From the NCBI GenBank assembly GCA_037446295.1, contig JBBIIV010000002.1:1-37836 (forward strand): 37,836 nucleotides of DNA, in the 5' to 3' direction. How positions within the stretch are numbered: the first letter of the stretch is position 1; each line of letters opens with the position of its first letter. The notes beneath the pieces are model-generated. The model searched no databases, was not told the origin of the DNA, and worked only from the letters and a program-made list of their open reading frames with translations. Of the stretch, positions 1 through 7,489 are shown piece by piece. The position numbers and the translations under genes were made by a program. Source of the stretch: Nitrospirota bacterium. GTDB taxonomy: Bacteria > Nitrospirota > Thermodesulfovibrionia > Thermodesulfovibrionales > Dissulfurispiraceae.

Positions 1-267
1 CTGTTCGGCCGTTTCATAAATCCGGTCATTCTTTCATAGAACTTTTGACACTATCGTTTATAAAATTTAATATATATTGCGCCTCAGAATCTAGAGGCAA
101 AAACTATTCCATAGACATGAAAGGTGCTATTGCTTGTAATTTAAATACTTGGGTCTACCCTGACTGTCCACATCAGGACAAATGGATTAAAAATGGTGTT
201 CCAAATGGGACAACTGAAAAGACAGGTGACAGGCTATAGGCGATAGGCAAAAGGTTAAGGCAAAATG

Positions 268-1641
268 TTACTCAGGCAGAAGCCCATGATGCTTCATCTT
301 TGTCCTTAACTGTTTTCTCGATATTCCAAGTATTTCAGCAGCCTTTGTCTGATTCCATTGTGTTTTTGTTAAGGCGTTTAAGAGAAGCCTTTTTTCTGTT
401 TCAAAAAGAGAGCCTTCGATTGCTGTTAAGCTTTTTTCAGATGTTAATTCCCTTATTGAACTTGGCAAATATTTAACCGTGATGTAATCGAGCGGACATA
501 ATATAACAACTCTCTCTATAACATTTGCAAGCTCTCTGATATTACCAGGCCAGTCATATTCCATAAATGCACGCATTACCTCACTATCAAGAGACAAGAT
601 AGCTTTTTTATTTGCCTCATTAAATCTATTAAGGAAGAATTTGGCAAGAAGCGGGATATCCTCTTTTCTATCTCGTAAAGGAGGAATATTAATTGTGACT
701 ACATTCAATCTATAAAAGAGGTCTTCTCTAAAATTTCCACTTTTAACTTCTTTGTCAAGTTTTTTATTGGTAGCAGCTATTATCCTCAGATCAACCTTTA
801 TCCTATCTTTGCCACCAATCCTTAGAAACTCCCTTTCCTGTATAAACCTCAGAAGCTTTTTCTGTGTACTTAGCGAAAGTTCACCTATTTCATCCAGAAA
901 TAAAGTTCCGTTGTTTGCAATTTCAACCAGCCCTATCCTGCGCTCATAAGCGCTAGTAAATGAACCTTTTTCGTAACCAAAAAGTTCGCTTTCCAATAGC
1001 TGTTCTGGTAATGCAGCGCAGTCAATAGGAATAAAAGGCTTATTTGCCCTTGGTGATCCAAGGTATATGGCACGTGCTATCAATTCCTTGCCAGTTCCGC
1101 TTTCTCCCATTATCAGCACATTGGCACCGCTTTTTGAAATTGTTTCTACCAGGCTAAGTATATTCTGCATAACATGACTCTTGCCTATTATATTTTTGAA
1201 ACTATATCGTTCTTTTAGTTGCGTTTTAAGTGATATGTTTTCGAGACATAGCCTGCGTTTTTCGATGGCTTCTGTAACAACTGCGAGCAGTTCATCAGTA
1301 TTAATTGGCTTGGTGAGATAGTTAAAAGCTCCATGTTTCATTGCATCCACTGCCTTTTCAATAGTTCCATAGGCTGTAAGCATCACTACTGGAGCCTTAT
1401 ATTCTTTTTCTTTTAAGGCATCGAGGAATTCTATGCCGTTGATACCGGGAAGTTTAAAATCTGTAATGATTAAGTCGAAATCGTGCTTTACTGCCTTATC
1501 CAATCCTTCTTCGGCAGTTCTGGCAGTGCATATATCATAGTTATTATTCTGCTTCAAAACGGCTGACAATACCTTAAGCGAGCTTATTTCATCATCTACA
1601 AGGAGTATTTTGCTTTTGGTATTATTCACCTGTTTCATCAA
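268..1641 (-). CDS. sigma-54-dependent response regulator (REC + AAA+ enhancer-binding domain + Fis-type HTH)
   Basis: Receiver motifs (KILLVDDE, DLIITDFKLPGING). Walker A GESGTGKE. ESELFGYEKG followed by a variant sigma-54 contact loop GSFTSA. C-terminal HTH (WNQTKAAEILGISRKQLRTKMK). The start overlaps the stop of the upstream kinase gene by 4 nt. Confidence 0.9.
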   Translation of the reverse strand: MMKQVNNTKSKILLVDDEISSLKVLSAVLKQNNNYDICTARTAEEGLDKAVKHDFDLIITDFKLPGINGIEFLDALKEKEYKAPVVMLTAYGTIEKAVDAMKHGAFNYLTKPINTDELLAVVTEAIEKRRLCLENISLKTQLKERYSFKNIIGKSHVMQNILSLVETISKSGANVLIMGESGTGKELIARAIYLGSPRANKPFIPIDCAALPEQLLESELFGYEKGSFTSAYERRIGLVEIANNGTLFLDEIGELSLSTQKKLLRFIQEREFLRIGGKDRIKVDLRIIAATNKKLDKEVKSGNFREDLFYRLNVVTINIPPLRDRKEDIPLLAKFFLNRFNEANKKAILSLDSEVMRAFMEYDWPGNIRELANVIERVVILCPLDYITVKYLPSSIRELTSEKSLTAIEGSLFETEKRLLLNALTKTQWNQTKAAEILGISRKQLRTKMKHHGLLPE

Positions 1642-3284
1642 TTTAACTTGTCGTTATTTTTTATTATCGGTAGAATAATTTTGAATTCAGTACCTTTGCC
1701 AGGATTGCTATGTACTGTAATGTTTCCATTATGTGCCCTTATAATTCTTTCGACACATGCGAGTCCAAGTCCGCTGCCTCTGGTCTTTGTAGTAAAGAAA
1801 GGCTTAAATATATCTGAGATTATCTCCTCACTCATGCCTATACCTGTATCCTTAACTTCAATAATTGCATCTGAATTTTTAACTTTTGTACTTATTTTTA
1901 TTGTATCTCCTTGCTTTGTAGCATCAAGGGAATTAACAATAAGATTGAGTATAACCTGTTTTAACTGCATACCATCAAAACTGAATTTAGGCAATTCATT
2001 ACTAAGAGACACTGTAACTTCAATATTATTTTCTGTCGCATCTTGTCTCACAAGTTCTACTGTATCGCGAACAATTTTATTTAAATCATTTATCTCAAAC
2101 TCAATAGGAGGAGGTTTAGAAAATTTAAGGAAACTTGTAACAATATTGTTTAATCTTTGCGACTCTATCTCTATGATATATAAAAACTCCTTTAAAACTG
2201 CCCCTTTAAAATTATTTTGAAGGTAAGATACAGCTCCCAGTATTGCATTCAGAGGGTTTTTAATCTCATGAGCAACTGTCATTGACATCTCTCCTAAAGC
2301 GGATAGTTTTTCAAGTTGAGCCTTTTCTATATTCGTTTCCTCAATCTTTTTAATGCTCTCATTAAGTCTTTTGATCATCTGATTAAAAACCTCTATTAAT
2401 TCGCCTATCTCATCTCCACAAGATTCTTTATAAACTACACACTTCTTGCAATCATGTATCTTTATATACACATCATTCTGAATCTCCCCCTTGCACTTTG
2501 TTGCGGATATGTTCCAGCACTTTTTTTTGCCGTAAGCTGGGCAGGTTTTTTCGTCACAGCCAAGCATATCCCAGCAATTGACAATATAATCATTTGGCAC
2601 CTCTACATCGAGATTTCCAGTTTGAACGAGTTCCATTTTATCTTTTAATTTTTTCATTGGTGTGGTGAGCAAGCGTGCTAGCCCAAAAGAGCCCCATACT
2701 CCGATCAGTATAACAAAAGAAGATATCAATAGAAGTTGATTCTTGAGTCCTTTTAAATTATCTTTGATAACCATATCAATGTTTACCTTTGAAAATCCAG
2801 CGATTGCAAAACCTAAAACCTCATACCCTACATTTATAGCAATTATAGCCTCTTTTATATCAGGATTCGATGTGTCAACCAACTTTGTCTCGCCAGCATT
2901 TGCGATAAGTTGAAAATGATCTTTTTTATTATCATAAAGCATCATACCAAGTAATCTTCTGTCCGTATGTGCAACAACTATCCCTTTACTATCAAGTATA
3001 GCTGCATATATACAACCAGGTGATTGAACGGTTAACCTTACTATTTCGTCAAGTCTAAGAGGGTCTTTAATTATCAAAGGCTCTACAGCATCCTTTGCTA
3101 AACTACTCGTTAATACAAGATGGGTTTTGCTCAATTCTTTACTCAATAAATTCTTTTGACTAGTAACTATAAAGATATTCACAATGAGCATGATCAGAAA
3201 GATCAGAAGGATAACGGCTGCTGAAAACTTTTGTGCAAGGCTCAATTTTCTCAATATAGATTTAATGCCTCTGAACATAATCAA
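1638..3284 (-). CDS. sensor histidine kinase (2 TM + periplasmic domain, HAMP interrupted by a Cys-rich insert, HisKA, HATPase_c)
   Basis: TM segments near residues 21-41 and 184-204. HAMP halves PMKKLKDKMELVQTGNLDVEVP and GDEIGELIEVFNQMIKRL are separated by about 53 aa containing 8 Cys. H-box MTVAHEIKNPLN. N/G boxes (LNLIVNSLDA, DTGIGM, GSGLGL). Confidence 0.85.
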   Translation of the reverse strand: MIMFRGIKSILRKLSLAQKFSAAVILLIFLIMLIVNIFIVTSQKNLLSKELSKTHLVLTSSLAKDAVEPLIIKDPLRLDEIVRLTVQSPGCIYAAILDSKGIVVAHTDRRLLGMMLYDNKKDHFQLIANAGETKLVDTSNPDIKEAIIAINVGYEVLGFAIAGFSKVNIDMVIKDNLKGLKNQLLLISSFVILIGVWGSFGLARLLTTPMKKLKDKMELVQTGNLDVEVPNDYIVNCWDMLGCDEKTCPAYGKKKCWNISATKCKGEIQNDVYIKIHDCKKCVVYKESCGDEIGELIEVFNQMIKRLNESIKKIEETNIEKAQLEKLSALGEMSMTVAHEIKNPLNAILGAVSYLQNNFKGAVLKEFLYIIEIESQRLNNIVTSFLKFSKPPPIEFEINDLNKIVRDTVELVRQDATENNIEVTVSLSNELPKFSFDGMQLKQVILNLIVNSLDATKQGDTIKISTKVKNSDAIIEVKDTGIGMSEEIISDIFKPFFTTKTRGSGLGLACVERIIRAHNGNITVHSNPGKGTEFKIILPIIKNNDKLN

Positions 3285-4987
3285 TACCCTTTGAGAACTT
3301 CGAGTTCAGCCTCATTCACCTGCTTAAACTCTTTTATCTTTGCTGCTCCTAATATTTTATCTTCCCTAAGGTGTATCAATAGGCTCATCACTTTGCTCCC
3401 AAGAGATGGATTCCTATCACTACATTGAGCCACTGGCCAATTGGGAAGTGGATGAGTCCTTGCTAATATCTTTATCTGTTTCATATCTATTGCGTCTCTC
3501 CATACAACTAGAGCTGCTTCTCTTATAAAGCCCGCGTCAGCTTCTCCTCTATAAATACCGATTATTACATTTTCCTGCTTTTTCGCGTCTATAATTTTCA
3601 TATCCTTCTCTGTATCTATACCATTTTCCATCAGGGTTATCCGTTGTGAAAGATAGCCACCTGCAGATTTGGGCGAAGTTATAAGAACTTTTTTATTCCT
3701 TAAATCCTTGATATTCCTTATTGGACTATCATCCCTCGTTATGATAACTCCTCTAAATTTATCGCCTTGTTCAGCATGTTCGTCAGTAAGAGTATCCTCG
3801 CCGACAGTTGTAACAAGGGGTTTTATATCCGTTTCCTTATCTATTAAAGCAAAAATATAAGGATTTTGATAAGAAAAATCAGCCTTTCTGTTTTTTACTA
3901 TTTGCATAAAGTCTTCAAAATCTTTTGGGATCAAAAGTTTAAATTCATAGCCTGTTTTTGTGGTAAGATATCTCATTAAAGGGTCATATCTGTTATATAG
4001 TGTAATAGGCGAGTATAAAGGTAAAATCGCAAATTTGATCGTTTTAGGAGAGTATTCTACATAATCTTTGCCTGTAAGGTTTTTAATCATAAATCTAATA
4101 CCATCAAAATCTCTGTCAAGAGCTGCGACAAAACCAGAGAGATCGCTATCGATAGATGAAAGTATGGCTGTGTCTTTTAACGATACGAGGGCTTTAATTA
4201 TATCATTCTTTACCTCATTAGGTAGTATAGCGCTTGCGCATAGGACGAATGAAGGTATAGCTTCTGATTTTTTGATTATTTTTAATCCATAATTGAGATA
4301 TTTTTTTGCGACTGATTCGCTAATTGCCCCAACATGATGGTAGCCAATAAGCACAGATAGGGCAACTCTATCTTCCCGATAAAGAAAATCGACGCCAGAG
4401 AAGTCTTTTGTTTTGATGCCAACCTCGTTAAGCATTGCTAAGGGTATAAGGTAACTGAAGGACGACTGTCTGTTGCCAATCGCAAGATTTTTGCCTTTTA
4501 GGTCAGTTATCCTTTGAATGTCGCTGCTATTTTTTACGATCAGGACGCTGCGAGAGGTTGCTCCATCCACCCCTATAGGGCTAACGAGGGGGATAATATT
4601 GTTTTTATACTTAGCTCTTGCCTCGCAATATACAGCAGGATCAAGAAAAGCAAGGTGAGAACGCCCTTCTCCTATTTCTTTGACAGCGGTCTCGTAGTCT
4701 TTAGCAATCTTTATAATAATCTGCCTTTTTAGAATGCCCTCAAGATAATACTTGAGCAGTGCAAACTTCTCATACATCAGACCTGGGCTTTCTACAGGAA
4801 GAACAGAGAGGATTATGGGGGTTCCGACAAAATGCGAAGGTTTATATTGAGGTTTATTTTTAGCTTCATCAAGAGTTTTATCTTGTCCTAAACAAGCAAA
4901 GAGAACAAATAAAATAGGCAAAATCCAGAGCCAGCGCAATAGACTAAAATTTTTAATCAATGGCAACATTAAAGATAGCAGTTTCAC
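3281..4987 (-). CDS. lipoprotein with two tandem PhnD-like (phosphonate/phosphite-type) periplasmic solute-binding domains
   Basis: Signal peptide with lipobox LFAC. Two repeats of the PhnD-like pattern: ILSVLPVESPGLMYEKFALLKYYLEG...HLAFLDPAVY, and FAILPLYSPITLYNRYDPLMRYLTTKTG...ADFSYQNPYIF. No ABC permease or ATPase gene is adjacent. It overlaps the kinase gene start by 4 nt. Confidence 0.7.
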   Translation of the reverse strand: MKLLSLMLPLIKNFSLLRWLWILPILFVLFACLGQDKTLDEAKNKPQYKPSHFVGTPIILSVLPVESPGLMYEKFALLKYYLEGILKRQIIIKIAKDYETAVKEIGEGRSHLAFLDPAVYCEARAKYKNNIIPLVSPIGVDGATSRSVLIVKNSSDIQRITDLKGKNLAIGNRQSSFSYLIPLAMLNEVGIKTKDFSGVDFLYREDRVALSVLIGYHHVGAISESVAKKYLNYGLKIIKKSEAIPSFVLCASAILPNEVKNDIIKALVSLKDTAILSSIDSDLSGFVAALDRDFDGIRFMIKNLTGKDYVEYSPKTIKFAILPLYSPITLYNRYDPLMRYLTTKTGYEFKLLIPKDFEDFMQIVKNRKADFSYQNPYIFALIDKETDIKPLVTTVGEDTLTDEHAEQGDKFRGVIITRDDSPIRNIKDLRNKKVLITSPKSAGGYLSQRITLMENGIDTEKDMKIIDAKKQENVIIGIYRGEADAGFIREAALVVWRDAIDMKQIKILARTHPLPNWPVAQCSDRNPSLGSKVMSLLIHLREDKILGAAKIKEFKQVNEAELEVLKGY

Positions 4988-4993
4988 AAAAAA

Positions 4994-6142
4994 TCACTTT
5001 CCAAAGGGGCAGATAGGATACTTGCAATCATTACAGTTAAGACATAATCCACCATGTCCATACTCAGCCAGTTCTTTTCTGCCAATAATCTCTCCCGCAA
5101 GTATCCTAGGAAGAATGATGTCAAATATAGTTGTCTTATGATACATCCCGCAAGCTGGAATGCCTAAAATAGGGATAAGTGAGCTATCTGGAGTCTTATA
5201 GCAATTTTCAGTTTTATACATATTTGCTGTTCCATTTACAGTATAAGCTACTAAAAACATAGCTCCAGGCAAAACAGGAGAACCATATGTAACCTCTCTG
5301 CCAGTTATTCTTTTGATAGCAAACCTGCTTACATCATCAGGATCAACAGACATGCCACCTGTAACAATCAGTAGGTCAGCCCCTGCGCTAAGAAGATCCA
5401 AAAGTCTTTTTTCGATATAATCTGTGTTATCAGGGGCATAAAACAGATCTATTATTTCTCCTTTAAATTTACTCAGTTTGTCTTTAATAACCTCTGCGAA
5501 TGAATCTTTAACTCTACCATAAAATACCTCATTTCCAGTAATCACAACACCTGCTTTAAACTTTTTAAGTTCTCTTACCTCTATCACACCTCTGCCGTTG
5601 CAAAGGTGATTCACCGTTTTCCGAGCTTTCTTTAACAAATCCTTTTTTATAACGAGCGGTATGGCTCTGGCACCAGCTATAATCTGACTTTTTTTAACCA
5701 GTGTGTGATTATGTAAGGTTGCGCACATAATCTCACCTAATAAATTAAACTCCAAAAGGGCTTCAGTATTTATCTTCAAAATGCCATCTCTTGCTGCAAC
5801 AAAATTTATCTTACCTTCCTTAGGATTACCTTGAACTGCTACGCCATCCCCTTTAATTATATTACCAATTTCTATAGCAGCGTCGTCTTCATGCATTTCA
5901 TCATCTGAAATACTTAAAACAAAAAGGTTCTCTTTGCCAAGTCTCCTTAAATGGCTAATATCAGATTCGGTTATTATATGTCCTTTCCTGAAGGCGACCC
6001 CTTTAAACTCGTCTTTTTTTATCTCGGTAAGATCATGCGCCAAAATACATCCTACTGCCTGAGAAATAGAAATTGTCTTAAGCCTTCTATTATCAGTTGG
6101 AGCTGGATTTGTTGAATGCTCACACATTAAAAATCCTTTCAA
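4994..6142 (-). CDS. molybdopterin-binding (MoeA/MoCF-biosynthesis-like) protein with C-terminal Cys cluster
   Basis: MoaB/MogA/MoeA-type motif LLIVTGGMSVDPDD. MoeA-like N-terminal region (ISISQAVGCILAHDL). C-terminal CLNCNDCKYPICPFGK. An alternative start MCEHS lies at 6127. Only 6 nt separate it from the downstream gene. Confidence 0.6.
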   Translation of the reverse strand: MKGFLMCEHSTNPAPTDNRRLKTISISQAVGCILAHDLTEIKKDEFKGVAFRKGHIITESDISHLRRLGKENLFVLSISDDEMHEDDAAIEIGNIIKGDGVAVQGNPKEGKINFVAARDGILKINTEALLEFNLLGEIMCATLHNHTLVKKSQIIAGARAIPLVIKKDLLKKARKTVNHLCNGRGVIEVRELKKFKAGVVITGNEVFYGRVKDSFAEVIKDKLSKFKGEIIDLFYAPDNTDYIEKRLLDLLSAGADLLIVTGGMSVDPDDVSRFAIKRITGREVTYGSPVLPGAMFLVAYTVNGTANMYKTENCYKTPDSSLIPILGIPACGMYHKTTIFDIILPRILAGEIIGRKELAEYGHGGLCLNCNDCKYPICPFGK

Positions 6143-7097
6143 ATTTTTTATTAACTAACTCGTTGATGCCATTTTCGAGGTTTTCATATTTCCTAAGAAA
6201 CTCTCTGGCTTCTTTTGTAAGGACCGTCCCACCTCCATCCTTGCCCCCGGCATACCTTTCTACCAGTTTGATGCCAAGCCTTGACTCCATAGCATTAATA
6301 TAGCTCCATGCCTTTTTATATGATATTTGGATTTCTTTAGCAGCCTGATTAATAGATCCATACCTATCTATAGCTTTGAGAAGCAGTTTTCTCCCTCTGC
6401 CAAAAATAGGCTCGCCTTCGATTTCTATCCAGAGCTTTGACCTGACAACAAGTTCGTTATGACCTTTTTGCATAACGACAGTCGAAAAAAAATCTTTTTC
6501 TTTTGACGCTGAAGCATAGTAAGCTCCTTCTACGCAAGGCTTGCAAAATATTGCCTCCGAAGTGATTATTTCCCTTAAATCCTGAATAAACTCGCCACAA
6601 ATACTACATCTAACATGGCTTAAGGGTTTGCCGGGCAAGTCTTCTGGTTTAATCAAAATCTTTACATTCATGACATCAAAGAGTTCCTCGTCTGGCATTA
6701 TTTTATATGCTTCTATTTGAGCCTTGTATTTATCAGTTATTTCTGGAAAATAATCCTTTGCCTTTTGTTTTGCATCCTCTTTGGCAACAATCCTAACAGC
6801 TTTATTGTCGTTTACATTAAGAAAAGCTGCTGCAACCTTGCCATAATCAAAAAATTTCAGTGTTCTATGTCCAAGACTGCAGCCTGTAACTGACTGAATG
6901 GCGTCTGTAAGACATCTGTCGGTCTCTACAAAGACAATCAAAGATTTCTTATTTTTGCCTTTGGGGTCTACAACATTAATCTTTTCAAGCCCTAAAATTG
7001 ACATCCTAACGCCGAGAACCTGTCCAGGGCAAAGGTGTCCGTGAGTGTTAACAGATTCATTCAGTAAATAATCAAATTTTTCAGTTATTGATGACAT
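6120..7097 (-). CDS. FmdE-domain protein fused to a zinc ribbon and a ModE-N-type winged HTH (putative Mo/W-linked transcription factor)
   Basis: FmdE signature HGHLCPGQVLGVRM. CxxC...CxxC ribbon (CSICGEF...CKPC). C-terminal GRGRKLLLKAIDRYGSINQAAKEIQISYKKAWSYINAMESRLGIKLVER matches the ModE N-terminal HTH. I moved the start to ATG 7097 (MSSITEKF), because the 26 extra codons of the longer ORF look non-coding. Confidence 0.7.
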   Translation of the reverse strand: MSSITEKFDYLLNESVNTHGHLCPGQVLGVRMSILGLEKINVVDPKGKNKKSLIVFVETDRCLTDAIQSVTGCSLGHRTLKFFDYGKVAAAFLNVNDNKAVRIVAKEDAKQKAKDYFPEITDKYKAQIEAYKIMPDEELFDVMNVKILIKPEDLPGKPLSHVRCSICGEFIQDLREIITSEAIFCKPCVEGAYYASASKEKDFFSTVVMQKGHNELVVRSKLWIEIEGEPIFGRGRKLLLKAIDRYGSINQAAKEIQISYKKAWSYINAMESRLGIKLVERYAGGKDGGGTVLTKEAREFLRKYENLENGINELVNKKFERIFNV

Positions 7098-7108
7098 AAT
7101 ACAAATAC

Positions 7109-7136
7109 AATATAACATTAGAAAAATATAATTCAA
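7109..7136 (-). promoter_or_regulatory. candidate sigma-70 promoter (TTGAAT-N16-TATATT) for the fmdE-modE operon
   Basis: Read on the minus strand, TTGAAT (7136-7131), a 16 nt spacer, then TATATT (7114-7109). The -10 element ends only 11 nt before the ATG at 7097 and no Shine-Dalgarno is visible, which suggests a leaderless or near-leaderless mRNA. Confidence 0.3.
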
Positions 7137-7181
7137 GTCTTGAAAATCCCCAAAATCCAAATACACAAAGAACAAAGAAAA

Positions 7182-7328
7182 GGGACGGGAGGCTGTCTCA
7201 TAATCACAAAAAATGTGTATTTTGTTATTTTGAGCGAAGCGAAGAATCTATTAAAATTCAATATGTTACAAATTTGAAATTCTTAAGCTGGGACCTCGGA
7301 ATGACATTTGGTGACAGCCTGCCGTCCC
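7182..7328. repeat. MITE/REP-like intergenic element bounded by 16-bp inverted repeats
   Basis: GGGACGGGAGGCTGTC (7182-7197) pairs with GACAGCCTGCCGTCCC (7313-7328), 15 of 16 complementary. The interior carries GAGCGAAGCGAAGAATC and, on the minus strand, GTCATTCCGAGG. This is the GTCATTCC-type motif that recurs at 33400-33553 and 14285-14313. Confidence 0.55.
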
Positions 7329-7489
7329 GGTTATTAGTCTTCAGGGAAAGCCGTCTGCGGCACCCTGCAAAGCTCATAAAAGCCTATCATCCAATGTTTT
7401 TTTACCATTCTAGGGTCAAATAAAAAGTCTTTATAAGTTATAATATCAGGAAATGTTTTAACCTTTATTGCTCGGGCGTTTAAGAATTT

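Noticed and set aside
45-239. A 64-aa ORF (internal ATG at 117 gives MKGAIACNLNTWVYPDCPHQDKW...), with a possible TTGACA-N17-TAATAT promoter at 45-73.
   Set aside because: The ORF begins inside the putative promoter. There is no Shine-Dalgarno before either start and no recognisable domain. The -10 element matches only 4 of 6 positions. The region is at the window edge, so its context cannot be judged.
6143-7175. Longer N-terminal extensions offered by the ORF track: 6120-7175, 11361-14195, 14221-14871, 28632-29381 and 29299-30336.
   Set aside because: In each case an internal start gives a sensible N-terminus (domain start, signal peptide or prepilin leader) and removes overlap with the upstream gene or a repeat. 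The extensions have odd composition.
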